This document shows, piece after piece, positions 23,144-31,494 of a DNA stretch of 34,540 nt. The stretch is from contig JAFTJJ010000014.1 of assembly GCA_017456465.1 (NCBI GenBank), forward strand, positions 1-34,540, read 5' to 3'. The number at the start of each line of letters is the position of its first letter. Positions within the stretch are counted from its first letter, which is position 1. Under the pieces are notes generated by a model. That model worked only from the letters and a program-made list of their open reading frames with translations. It did no database searches and was not told where the DNA came from. The DNA is from Clostridia bacterium. GTDB taxonomy: Bacteria; Bacillota; Clostridia; Christensenellales; UBA1242. The position numbers were made by a program, and so were the translations under genes.

Positions 23144-25075
23144 ATGAAAATTCAACTCAGAGACGAAACAAGAGAATTTGAAAAAGGAACAACAATCTTG
23201 GAAATTGCTTCAAGCATTTCAGAAGGGCTTGCACGCGTTGCAGTGGCTGGCCGTGTGGATGGCGTTCTTACTGATCTCAGTGTTGCACTGGAAGATGATT
23301 GTGCGCTTGAAATCGTGACACAAAAAGATCCTGAGGCAAAACAAATTTTGAGACACACAGCGGCTCATGTTTTGGCACAAGCAGTCAAAACAATTTATCC
23401 AACCGCAAAACTCTCAATTGGGCCAGCAACAGAAGACGGTTTTTATTATGACTTTGATTTCAAAACTCCAATCACAGTTGATGATCTTCCAAAGATTGAA
23501 GCTGAAATGAAAAAAATCATCAAAGCAAACTTCGAAATCAAGAGAAATGTTGTCACAAAAAAACAAGCATTGAAAAGAGCCAAGGATGAGGGCGAAACTT
23601 TCAAGATTCAACTCATTGGTGACATTCCTGATGATGAAACAGTGACTGAATATACTCAAGGCGACTTCACCGATGTGTGTCGTGGACCACACATGAGAAG
23701 CACAGGAATGGTTAAAGCGTTCAAGCTCACAAGAATTGCGGGTGCTTATTTCAAGGGCGACAGCAAAAACAAAATGCTCACACGTATTTATGGCGTTGCA
23801 TTTGACAAAAAGAGTGAGATGGACGAGTACTTCGTGCGACAAGAAGAGGCAATGAAGAGGGATCACAACAAACTCGGACGTGAACTTGAAATCTTCACAA
23901 CTGTGGATTACATCGGCCAAGGCCTCCCAATTCTTCTCCCAAAGGGCACAGCGATTGTTCAAACAATGCAAAGATTCGTTGAAGATGAAGAAGCAAAGCG
24001 CGGATGGGTGAGAACAAAAACACCACTCATGGCAAAAAGCGACCTTTACAAGATTTCTGGTCACTGGGATCACTACAAAGATGGAATGTTCGTTCTTGGT
24101 GATGAAAAAGAAGACAAAGAAGTGTTTGCGCTTCGCCCAATGACATGCCCATTCCAATATCAAGCATATTTGAACAGAGCAAGAAGCTACAAAGATCTTC
24201 CAATGCGTCTTGCAGAAACATCAACACTCTTCCGTAATGAATCAAGTGGTGAAATGCATGGACTCATTCGTGTTCGTCAGTTCACAATTTCTGAAGGTCA
24301 CTTGATGTGCACTCCAGAACAACTTGAAAGCGAGTTTAAGGGGTGCTTGGAACTTGCAATTTTCATGCTCAAAACAATGGGACTTTATGAAGATGCTTCT
24401 TACAGATTCTCTCAGTGGGATCCAAATGACAGAGACAAATACATTGGAACAGTTGAACAATGGGAAGAAGCTCAAGGCAAAATGAAAACAATTCTTGACA
24501 ATCTTGGAATCCCATATAAGGTTGGTGTGGGTGAAGCTGCATTCTATGGTCCAAAACTTGACATTCAAATCAAAAATGTTTGGGGCAAAGAGGACACATT
24601 GATCACAATCCAAATCGACCAAATGCTTGCTGAAAAGTTTGGCATGGAATACACCGACAAAGATGGCAACAAGAAAAATCCTTACATCATTCACAGAACA
24701 AGCATTGGTTGCTATGAAAGAACACTCGCATACCTCATTGAAAAATATGCCGGTGCATTCCCACTTTGGCTTGCTCCTGTGCAACTCAAAGTCATCAATG
24801 TCTCAGAAAAGAGTGAAGACTATGCAAGAGAAGTGTCTCAAAAACTTGCTCTTCATGGTTACAGAATTGAAAACGATTTCAGAAGTGAAAAAGTTGGTTA
24901 CAAAATCAGACAAGCTCAGCTTGAAAAAGTTCCATACATGATGGTTCTTGGAGAAAATGAAATTGCTGCTGGAACAGTAACTTTGAGAAAAAGAAATGGG
25001 GAAGAGATCAGAGACCTTTCAATTGAACAAGTCGTTGAAATCTTCAACAAGGAAATCGAAGAAAAAATTAAATAA
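23144..25075 (+). CDS. thrS: Threonine--tRNA ligase
   Basis: 643 aa. N-terminal TGS domain, an editing domain (HTAAHVLA), a class II core (FRNESSGEMHGLIRVRQF, HRTSIGCYER) and a C-terminal anticodon-binding domain. Confidence 0.95.
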   Translation: MKIQLRDETREFEKGTTILEIASSISEGLARVAVAGRVDGVLTDLSVALEDDCALEIVTQKDPEAKQILRHTAAHVLAQAVKTIYPTAKLSIGPATEDGFYYDFDFKTPITVDDLPKIEAEMKKIIKANFEIKRNVVTKKQALKRAKDEGETFKIQLIGDIPDDETVTEYTQGDFTDVCRGPHMRSTGMVKAFKLTRIAGAYFKGDSKNKMLTRIYGVAFDKKSEMDEYFVRQEEAMKRDHNKLGRELEIFTTVDYIGQGLPILLPKGTAIVQTMQRFVEDEEAKRGWVRTKTPLMAKSDLYKISGHWDHYKDGMFVLGDEKEDKEVFALRPMTCPFQYQAYLNRARSYKDLPMRLAETSTLFRNESSGEMHGLIRVRQFTISEGHLMCTPEQLESEFKGCLELAIFMLKTMGLYEDASYRFSQWDPNDRDKYIGTVEQWEEAQGKMKTILDNLGIPYKVGVGEAAFYGPKLDIQIKNVWGKEDTLITIQIDQMLAEKFGMEYTDKDGNKKNPYIIHRTSIGCYERTLAYLIEKYAGAFPLWLAPVQLKVINVSEKSEDYAREVSQKLALHGYRIENDFRSEKVGYKIRQAQLEKVPYMMVLGENEIAAGTVTLRKRNGEEIRDLSIEQVVEIFNKEIEEKIK

Positions 25076-25080
25076 AACAC

Positions 25081-25109
25081 TTGACAAACATGTGTTTGTG
25101 TTATAAAAT
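25081..25109 (+). promoter_or_regulatory. Sigma-A promoter of the infC-rpmI-rplT operon
   Basis: TTGACA (25081-25086), 17-nt spacer, TAAAAT (25104-25109). An alternative is TGtTATAAA with a 15-nt spacer. Confidence 0.65.
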
Positions 25110-25114
25110 AACAT

Positions 25115-25280
25115 CGCTAATGCAAGAGAAAGACCACTTTCCGCCAATCGAATGAAAGATTTTTATTGGTAAAATATCTGAACTTCACAACAGTGCGACG
25201 CTGAAAGTCCTGAATTTCAGTCGTGTGCTTTTGAGATTATAGATATGGTGAGTGGACAAGAGCGTTCACTCACTTTTTTT
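25115..25280 (+). promoter_or_regulatory. Ribosomal protein L20 leader (transcription attenuator) of the infC operon
   Basis: A ~230-nt untranslated leader ending in the strong hairpin GTGAGTGGAC/GTTCACTCAC (25248-25273) plus T7, upstream of infC. Position and architecture match the Firmicute L20 leader. I have not verified the fold. Confidence 0.6.
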
Positions 25281-25348
25281 GATTGCATGGCAAAACAAAA
25301 TGTATGAAGTCAAAAACGATAAAAATGACTTCAACCTAGGGGGATACG

Positions 25349-25870
25349 ATTATAAAACAAGAACATCAACTCAACCACGAAATCACTGACAGAGAAGTTA
25401 TGGTGATTTCAGCCACCGGAGAAAAACTTGGGATCATGAGCGCAGCAGAAGCCAACAGACTCGCAGACGAAGCTGAACTTGATCTTGTGAAAATTTCTCC
25501 AAATGCAAATCCTGCTGTTTGCAAGATCATGGATTATGGCAAATTCATGTTTGACAAAGCAAAACGTGAAAAAGAAGCAAAGAAAAACCAAAAGGTTGTT
25601 GAACTCAAAGAAGTTCAGCTTTCAATGACAATTGAACTTCATGACATGCAAATCAAGGCAAAAAATGCAAGCAAATTCTTGACTCAGGGCAACAAGGTCA
25701 AAGTTGCACTCAGAATGAGAGGACGCCAACAAGCTTACTTTAGCAAAGGCATTGAAATTGTGAAAGAATTTTGTGCAATGCTTGAAAATGAGGGAGTCAT
25801 GGACAAAGAACCAAAAGTTGAAGGCAGAAATGTTGTTGTTATTTTGAACCCAAAAGGAAATAAAAAATAG
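25349..25870 (+). CDS. infC: Translation initiation factor IF-3, non-ATG (ATT) start
   Basis: The frame is open from 25340. The conserved IF3 N-terminus (NHEITDREVMVISATGEKLGI) lies upstream of the first ATG (25400). ATT 25349 (or ATA 25352) follows AGGGGGA (25338-25344). Confidence 0.85.
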   Translation: MIKQEHQLNHEITDREVMVISATGEKLGIMSAAEANRLADEAELDLVKISPNANPAVCKIMDYGKFMFDKAKREKEAKKNQKVVELKEVQLSMTIELHDMQIKAKNASKFLTQGNKVKVALRMRGRQQAYFSKGIEIVKEFCAMLENEGVMDKEPKVEGRNVVVILNPKGNKK

Positions 25871-25881
25871 GAGAAAAGGTT

Positions 25882-26073
25882 ATGCCAAAACAAAGATCAA
25901 ACAGTGCCGCAAAGAAAAGATTCGTAGTGCTCAAGAGCGGCAAAATCAAAAGAGCAAAACAAAACAAAAGACACATTTTGACAAAGAAAGAGACTGGTAG
26001 GAAGAGAGGCCTCCGTAAGACTGCTTACGTTTCAGCAACTCAAGAAAAAACTATCAAGAAACTCGTAGGTTAA
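25882..26073 (+). CDS. rpmI: 50S ribosomal protein L35
   Basis: 63 aa, basic, starting [14 protein letters not shown]. It lies between infC and rplT. Confidence 0.9.
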   Translation: MPKQRSNSAAKKRFVVLKSGKIKRAKQNKRHILTKKETGRKRGLRKTAYVSATQEKTIKKLVG

Positions 26074-26086
26074 GGGGGAGACGGTA

Positions 26087-26452
26087 ATGAGAATTAAAAG
26101 AGGCGTTAATGCGCACAAGAAAAGAGTAAAAGTTTTTAAAGCTGCCAAAGGTTACAGAGGCGCAAAGAGCAAACTCTTCAGAGTTGCTCGTGAAGCTGTG
26201 ATGAAAAGTGGCAACTACGCATACATTGGCCGCAGACTCAAAAAGCGTGATTTCAGACAACTTTGGATTGCAAGAATCAATGCAGGAGCAAGAGAATATG
26301 GCTTGTCTTACAGCAAGATGATGCATGGTTTGAAACTCGCTGGAATCGAACTCAACAGAAAAGTGCTTTCTGACATGGCAATTGCAGACAAAGCAGGATT
26401 TGAAAAAGTTGCACTTGCAGCAAAAGAAGCACTTGAAAAAGCTGCAAAGTAA
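26087..26452 (+). CDS. rplT: 50S ribosomal protein L20
   Basis: 121 aa, with [23 protein letters not shown] and [14 protein letters not shown]. Confidence 0.95.
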   Translation: MRIKRGVNAHKKRVKVFKAAKGYRGAKSKLFRVAREAVMKSGNYAYIGRRLKKRDFRQLWIARINAGAREYGLSYSKMMHGLKLAGIELNRKVLSDMAIADKAGFEKVALAAKEALEKAAK

Positions 26453-26469
26453 TTTGTTAAAATCATTAA

Positions 26470-26500
26470 AAAGATGTGAGAAATCGCATCTTTTTATTTT
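26470..26500 (+). terminator. Rho-independent terminator
   Basis: AAAGATGTG pairs with CGCATCTTT (one G-U pair), followed by TTTTTATTTTTT. Confidence 0.65.
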
Positions 26501-26573
26501 TTGATTTTATTCTTGATATTGTAATTGCTTTTGTGTTATTATATTGATGATAACATAAAAAGAGGGAATGTTC

Positions 26574-27824
26574 ATGAATTTTAAAGAAGCCTTGATTGAT
26601 TACGGATTTTCTCAGGAAGATGTGGATTACATTTGCACAAAAACGAACACGCGCGGGGTTGAAAGAGTTCAAAAAACACTTCGCGATTATGAAATTGAAC
26701 TTGGGATCAGCAAAAGTGAACTCAAAAAAATGGTGCTCGCTGCACCAGGACTTCTTGGCTTTGTTGTCATTCCAGAAAACCAAGACATCGCGAGCGACAC
26801 TTCAGTCAGAACCAAAATTGCAGATTACATGCAACTGTTGAACCTTTCAAAATTTGAAGTAATTAACATCATCAAAAAATTCCCACAATATTTGGGATTT
26901 GACACAAAATCAAATGCCCCAACATCATTAAAATCAAAAATTACAAATCTTCAATGCTTGCTTGGATTCAACAATGAAGAAGTTGTGAGATTTGTAAAAA
27001 AATATCCGCAAATATTGGCTCAAAGCATTGATCCGACTTCAAACTCGTCATTAAATTCAAAAATTGAAGCATATGCAAAACTCTTGAATGTTCCAATCAG
27101 TTCAGTTGTTGCAATGGTGCGAAAACTCCCACAAATGCTGACCCTTGACATAAATTCAACCTCAAAAACTGCTGTCAAAACAAAAATTGAAGATTATGCA
27201 AAATTGCTTGAAATTTCAAAATTCAAAGTCACAGCTCTCATTGCAAAAACTCCTGAAATGCTCACATATGACGTTTCTTCAAATGCAGAGACATCGATCA
27301 AAAGCAAACTTGAATTTTACAAAAGATCACTTGGTGTTGATTCAAGTGTTCTTGGACAAATGGTCGCAAAATGTCCAGTGCTGCTTGGACTTGACACATC
27401 CTCAAATTCAAAAACATCAGTGAGATCAAAACTTGAAGTTTTTGGAGATTTTTTAACAACTGAAGACATCATAAACAATCCAATAATTCTCACTTTCCCA
27501 GCCATGCGAACAAAACTTCGATTCATGATTCTTGCAAATTGTGGAATTGATCGAGACAAAATTGTTTCAAATCAAAACCTTATGACCTCAGAGCAGGTCA
27601 TGTGGGGCAAGGTGGGACTTTGCAAAGCAAAAGAAATTGATTTTAAATATGTAACATATCCAGGAAAGTTTTTCATGGACAGATATGGTTTTGCTTTGAG
27701 TGATCTTGCTGAATTGTTTCCACTTCAAAATGCAGATATTTCAAATATTGAAGCGGAATATAATTCAAGATTTAACAAAAAACTAAACATTACTCAAGCA
27801 GAAATCGAGGAAATTTTGAAGTAG
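26574..27824 (+). CDS. mTERF-like helical-repeat protein (416 aa)
   Basis: Six to seven ~41-residue repeats with a Pro-x-(I/L/M)-L core: AAPGLLGF, KKFPQYLGFD, KKYPQILAQS, RKLPQMLTLD, AKTPEMLTYD, AKCPVLLGLD, NNPIILTFP. Each is followed by SN..TS.K.K(I/L) and LLG/LLN turns. ATG 26574 lies 7 nt after GAGGG. ATG 26568 is an alternative start. Confidence 0.6.
   Translation: MNFKEALIDYGFSQEDVDYICTKTNTRGVERVQKTLRDYEIELGISKSELKKMVLAAPGLLGFVVIPENQDIASDTSVRTKIADYMQLLNLSKFEVINIIKKFPQYLGFDTKSNAPTSLKSKITNLQCLLGFNNEEVVRFVKKYPQILAQSIDPTSNSSLNSKIEAYAKLLNVPISSVVAMVRKLPQMLTLDINSTSKTAVKTKIEDYAKLLEISKFKVTALIAKTPEMLTYDVSSNAETSIKSKLEFYKRSLGVDSSVLGQMVAKCPVLLGLDTSSNSKTSVRSKLEVFGDFLTTEDIINNPIILTFPAMRTKLRFMILANCGIDRDKIVSNQNLMTSEQVMWGKVGLCKAKEIDFKYVTYPGKFFMDRYGFALSDLAELFPLQNADISNIEAEYNSRFNKKLNITQAEIEEILK
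26706..27455 (+). repeat. In-frame tandem ~123-bp (41-codon) diverged repeats inside the mTERF-like CDS
   Basis: One example is AAAATTGAAGCATATGCAAAACTCTTGAATGTTCC (~27060) against AAAATTGAAGATTATGCAAAATTGCTTGAAATTTC (~27183), 123 nt apart. The protein-level periodicity is described under the CDS. The boundaries are approximate. Confidence 0.6.
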
Positions 27825-27834
27825 GGAACAAAGA

Positions 27835-28119
27835 ATGGATTTGAAGTTGAAAAAGTTTTTAAAGAAATTAAATCTTGACGATGACGAAATAAACAATCTC
27901 ACCACTGTTTGTTCTGGACTTGAAATCACAAGCGAAGGCAGAGCAAAAGAAAACGTGAGAATATTGATCGACTCGGGTTTCCCGCTTTGTGACGTTTCTT
28001 TTGTCGTTTGTGCAAACCCTGCTTTTTTGTGTAATGATCCAATAGACACAAAAAGTTCGATTGAGTCCATTGATGGGGATGTTGAACAAGCAATCAAAAA
28101 TGATCCATATATTTTGTAA
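27835..28119 (+). CDS. Small mTERF-like repeat protein (94 aa)
   Basis: It starts 10 nt after the previous stop. The same repeat grammar appears: LKKLNLDDDEINNLTTVCSGLEITS, LIDSGFPLCDVSFVVCANPAFLCNDP. Confidence 0.5.
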   Translation: MDLKLKKFLKKLNLDDDEINNLTTVCSGLEITSEGRAKENVRILIDSGFPLCDVSFVVCANPAFLCNDPIDTKSSIESIDGDVEQAIKNDPYIL

Positions 28120-28134
28120 GGATGGGGAAATCAA

Positions 28135-28899
28135 ATGGAAAAAATCACAAGCTCAAACAACAATCGTGTTGTTATGTTTTCAAAACTAAACCAAAAAAAG
28201 TATAGAGATGAGTATGGCTTGTTTTTGCTTGAAAATTACAAACTCATTGCAGAGGTTGTAAAACGCGGTGATGAAATTGAACAACTCTTGATTGATGAAT
28301 CAAAACAAGACAAATTTGAGAAAATAATTCAAAAACTATATGAACAAACAATCATACTCCCATCCAATATTTTTGCAAAAATTAGTGAGACTGTAACAAG
28401 TCAGGGAATCATCGCTGTGATGAAAAAAAGAGACGAGACAAGCATTGCTTCGCTTTGTGGAAGAATTTTGGTTTTGGACAGAATTCAAGATGCTGGAAAT
28501 GTCGGAACACTGCTCAGATCTGCTCAAGGCTTTGGCTTTCAAAATGTGATCATGATTGACTCGGCTGATGAGTACAGCTCGAAGGTAATCAGAAGTTCAG
28601 GCGGAAGCATTTTTCATCTCAACATCGCACACACTTCAGAAAAAGAACTTTTGAATCTCATTAAACGCAGCGATTTGGCTGTTTTCACAGCTGACATGAA
28701 TGGATCATCACTTTATGAAACCCATGATTTTCCTCAAAATATGATGCTCATTGTTGGAAACGAGGGACAAGGCGTTTCAACTGCTTTGGAAGAAGCATCA
28801 ACAAACAACATCATGATCCCGATGGAAGAAGGACTCGAATCCTTGAATGCCGGAGTTTCAGGCTCAATCATCATGAGTTACATTCACTCGAAAAAATAA
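28135..28899 (+). CDS. TrmH/SpoU-family RNA 2'-O-methyltransferase (RlmB/YsgA-like)
   Basis: 254 aa. An N-terminal substrate-binding domain is followed by the SPOUT motifs LDRIQDAGNVGTLLRSA, LIVGNEGQGVS and IPMEEGLESLNAGVSGSI. Confidence 0.85.
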   Translation: MEKITSSNNNRVVMFSKLNQKKYRDEYGLFLLENYKLIAEVVKRGDEIEQLLIDESKQDKFEKIIQKLYEQTIILPSNIFAKISETVTSQGIIAVMKKRDETSIASLCGRILVLDRIQDAGNVGTLLRSAQGFGFQNVIMIDSADEYSSKVIRSSGGSIFHLNIAHTSEKELLNLIKRSDLAVFTADMNGSSLYETHDFPQNMMLIVGNEGQGVSTALEEASTNNIMIPMEEGLESLNAGVSGSIIMSYIHSKK

Positions 28900-28912
28900 T
28901 ATTTAAAAAGAT

Positions 28913-28942
28913 TTGCCAAGAGATGTCCTCTTGGTGTAAAAT
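28913..28942 (+). promoter_or_regulatory. Putative promoter with an inverted repeat in the spacer, upstream of yebC
   Basis: TTGCCA (28913-28918), 18-nt spacer, TAAAAT (28937-28942). CCAAGAG-atgtc-CTCTTGG (28916-28934) occupies the spacer. Confidence 0.45.
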
Positions 28943-28977
28943 ACAAAAGTAAATTAATTAAACAATAGGAGAAATTT

Positions 28978-29706
28978 ATGAGCGGACATTCAAAATGGCA
29001 CAATATTCAAGCAACAAAAAACAAGGCAGATGCAGCTCGTGGAAAAATATTCACAAAAATCGGACGCGAAATTGCTGTTGCTGTCAAACTTGGTGGCGCA
29101 GATCCAAACACAAACAGCAAACTTTATGATGTGATCCAAAAGGCAAAACAAAACAACATGCCAAATGACAACATTCAGCGTTCAATCAAAAAGGCAGCAG
29201 GTGAAACTGATGCAACAAACTATGCATTAATCACATATGAAGGTTATGGCGCACATGGCGTGGCATTCATTGTTGAGTGCCTCACAGACAACAAAAACAG
29301 AACAGCATCTGATGTTCGTCACCTTTTTGATAAATTCGGTGGGAGTTTGGGAACTACTGGAAGTGTGACATTCATGTTCAATTACAACGGTGTCATCGTT
29401 CTTCCAAAAAAAGATGGAATGACAGAAGATGATGTGATGATGGTGGCTCTAGACGCTGGCGCCGATGACATTCAAACTGAAGACGAGGCTTTTGTGGTTT
29501 ACACCGCACCTGACATGCTTCATGCTTGCGTGAAAGCGTTTGAAGATGCAGGATTTGAAATTGCTTCAAGCGGCCAAGAATACATTCCAACAAACACTGT
29601 GGAACTCGATGAGGCGGCTTCTGCATCGATTCAAAAACTCACAGACGCACTTGAAGATCTTGATGATGTTCAAAATGTTTATAACAACGCAGATTTGGCA
29701 GAATAA
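28978..29706 (+). CDS. yebC: YebC/PmpR family DNA-binding regulator / translation-associated factor
   Basis: The N-terminus is MSGHSKWHNIQATKNKADAARGKIFTKIGREI, at 242 aa. AGGAG lies upstream. Confidence 0.9.
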   Translation: MSGHSKWHNIQATKNKADAARGKIFTKIGREIAVAVKLGGADPNTNSKLYDVIQKAKQNNMPNDNIQRSIKKAAGETDATNYALITYEGYGAHGVAFIVECLTDNKNRTASDVRHLFDKFGGSLGTTGSVTFMFNYNGVIVLPKKDGMTEDDVMMVALDAGADDIQTEDEAFVVYTAPDMLHACVKAFEDAGFEIASSGQEYIPTNTVELDEAASASIQKLTDALEDLDDVQNVYNNADLAE

Positions 29707-29712
29707 TTTTTT

Positions 29713-29741
29713 TTAGCACGGCATTTTGCTGTGCTAATTTT
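29713..29741 (+). terminator. Weak terminator-like hairpin
   Basis: TTAGCAC (29713-29719) pairs with GTGCTAA (29731-29737), then TTTT. Confidence 0.4.
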
Positions 29742-29757
29742 AATAATTGGAGGGAAA

Positions 29758-30441
29758 ATGAAACTATTTTTATGTGGTGGTGGATGCGGCAATCAAATCA
29801 CAGAAGCTTTGCAACAATTTGAAAAATTGTTGGACAAAACAAAACCAGTGTTGTATGTTCCGCTTGCAATGGAAGAAAAAATGTATGACAGTTGCAGCGA
29901 GTGGTTTTCAGGTGAATGCAAGAATTTTGGGTGTGAAAAGTTTGAAATGGTGAGATCGTCCCTTGAACTTTCAGAGAAGAATTTTGACAAATACGCTGCA
30001 ATTTTCATTGGTGGTGGAAACACCTTCAAACTTTTGAATGAAATCAATCAAAATGGTAACCGCGAAAAAATTATGAATTATCTTGAAAATGGTGGAGTTG
30101 TCTTTGGCGGAAGTGCAGGTGCAATCATTTTTGGCAAAGACATCAACACTTGCTTGCTCGATGATGGCAATGAGGTGGGACTTGAATGCACTACTGGCTT
30201 AAATCTGCTAAATGACTATTCAATCTTGTGCCACTTGAATGAAAAGTCTCTCAAAGACAATATGGAACACTTAAACAATCTCTCAAACAATGACAAAGTA
30301 ATTTACATGCCAGAAGAGAATGTGATTTTTCTGGATAACAATTCCACATGTTTGATTGGAAAATCAGGTTGTGTAATCTTTGAAAAAGGTGAGCATTTTG
30401 CGCGCCGACCTGAAGATTTCAAAAATGATATCAAAAAGTAA
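29758..30441 (+). CDS. Peptidase S51 (dipeptidase E-like) / class I glutamine amidotransferase-like protein
   Basis: ATG 29758 follows GGAGGG. The motifs IFIGGGNTFKLL and FGGSAGAIIFG (nucleophile Ser) are typical of S51. Confidence 0.7.
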   Translation: MKLFLCGGGCGNQITEALQQFEKLLDKTKPVLYVPLAMEEKMYDSCSEWFSGECKNFGCEKFEMVRSSLELSEKNFDKYAAIFIGGGNTFKLLNEINQNGNREKIMNYLENGGVVFGGSAGAIIFGKDINTCLLDDGNEVGLECTTGLNLLNDYSILCHLNEKSLKDNMEHLNNLSNNDKVIYMPEENVIFLDNNSTCLIGKSGCVIFEKGEHFARRPEDFKNDIKK

Positions 30442-30451
30442 TGGAAGGACT

Positions 30452-30724
30452 ATGAACAAAAAACTCAAATATAGGTTCAAAATTTATTGCAGTGATGGAA
30501 CGTCAAAATTTATTGGTGGACGTGGTGCAACTCCAGAGTCTTTGAAGTATGATTTCGATGGAATGGTCTCATGGGATGAATATGAACGAATTTCTGATGA
30601 TGAAACAATGGGAACAGCAGAGATTCTGAACCTCGCAAAAACTCTTTATTCAAAAAAACACTCATTTTCAAGAATTGAAATTGTGAACACTGAGACTGGT
30701 GAAGTGGTGGATTTCATCAATTAA
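30452..30724 (+). CDS. Hypothetical protein (90 aa)
   Basis: ATG 30452 follows GGAAGGA. The ORF-track 30380 start overlaps the previous CDS. No motifs recognised. Confidence 0.5.
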   Translation: MNKKLKYRFKIYCSDGTSKFIGGRGATPESLKYDFDGMVSWDEYERISDDETMGTAEILNLAKTLYSKKHSFSRIEIVNTETGEVVDFIN

Positions 30725-30736
30725 AGCAAATCAATA

Positions 30737-30767
30737 AACGCGGAGCAAAACACTGCCCGCGTTTTTT
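30737..30767 (+). terminator. Rho-independent terminator
   Basis: AACGCGG (30737-30743) pairs with CCGCGTT (30757-30763), then a T-run. Confidence 0.75.
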
Positions 30768-30779
30768 AATTGTGGCATA

Positions 30780-30808
30780 TTGACATTTGAGATTTCATAA
30801 GATATAAT
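30780..30808 (+). promoter_or_regulatory. Consensus sigma-A promoter
   Basis: TTGACA (30780-30785), 17-nt spacer, TATAAT (30803-30808). Confidence 0.7.
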
Positions 30809-30840
30809 TATTTTCGCAAAAACAAAAGGAGACAAGTATT

Positions 30841-31362
30841 ATGGAATTAGATTATGGAAAAATTGAAGTAATTGAAGATTTGTTGTTTTCAAGTGATGAT
30901 ATTGATATGATTGATCTCGTAAAGACATATCTCAAACAATCAAAAAAAGCAACTGAAGAGCAAATTGAAACACTTGACCTTGAATGTGTTGATGATGAAA
31001 CTGGTTACATCATGTCAATTCAGGGTGAAAGAGATATTGAATTTTTGGGATTCTCAGATGAATTTGTCACAACATATGATGGACCAACCGGCGACACTGC
31101 AACGCTTGACCCAATTTGGATTAATATTGTTGCCAAAGAGCTTAACAAAATAAATGGCTTCAAGGCAAATCAATACCTTTTTGGTGTTTACAAATTGGTC
31201 GACGACATGGCTGCTGGGGCAGACGGTGCAAAAGTTTCAAGCGATCAAGCCAGTGCCATGAAGGAAAAACTCTTTGCAATTGAGGCAGGTTGTTTCACTC
31301 CAGATCATCAAATCATGACTGAAGCAGAGAAAATTGCATTCATGTGTCAAAATGGAGATTAG
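30841..31362 (+). CDS. Highly acidic hypothetical protein (173 aa)
   Basis: GGAG lies 9 nt upstream. It is very rich in D/E and forms a monocistronic unit with its own promoter and terminator. Confidence 0.6.
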   Translation: MELDYGKIEVIEDLLFSSDDIDMIDLVKTYLKQSKKATEEQIETLDLECVDDETGYIMSIQGERDIEFLGFSDEFVTTYDGPTGDTATLDPIWINIVAKELNKINGFKANQYLFGVYKLVDDMAAGADGAKVSSDQASAMKEKLFAIEAGCFTPDHQIMTEAEKIAFMCQNGD

Positions 31363-31386
31363 GTTTTGAAAAAAAAATAAATTTTG

Positions 31387-31414
31387 GTGTGGGGGATTTC
31401 CTCCACACTTTTTA
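31387..31414 (+). terminator. Rho-independent terminator
   Basis: GTGTGGGGG pairs with CCTCCACAC (9 bp, one G-U pair) around a 4-nt loop, followed by T5. Confidence 0.75.
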
Positions 31415-31430
31415 TTTTATCTTGATTTCA

Positions 31431-31459
31431 TTGACAAATTTTTAAATTAACCTTATGAT
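31431..31459 (+). promoter_or_regulatory. Sigma-A promoter of the ruvCAB-queA cluster
   Basis: TTGACA (31431-31436), 17-nt spacer, TATGAT (31454-31459). Confidence 0.65.
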
Positions 31460-31494
31460 ATATTATGTAAAATAATATAGGAGTGAAAGCAGGC

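Noticed and set aside
23414-24784. Long minus-strand ORFs (23414..24163, 249 aa; 24242..24784, 180 aa; also 24027..24245) antisense to thrS
   Set aside because: They lie entirely inside the well-supported thrS CDS. Their products are Cys/Phe/His-rich and low-complexity, typical of shadow frames in AT-rich genes with few antisense stops. They have no SD or promoter.
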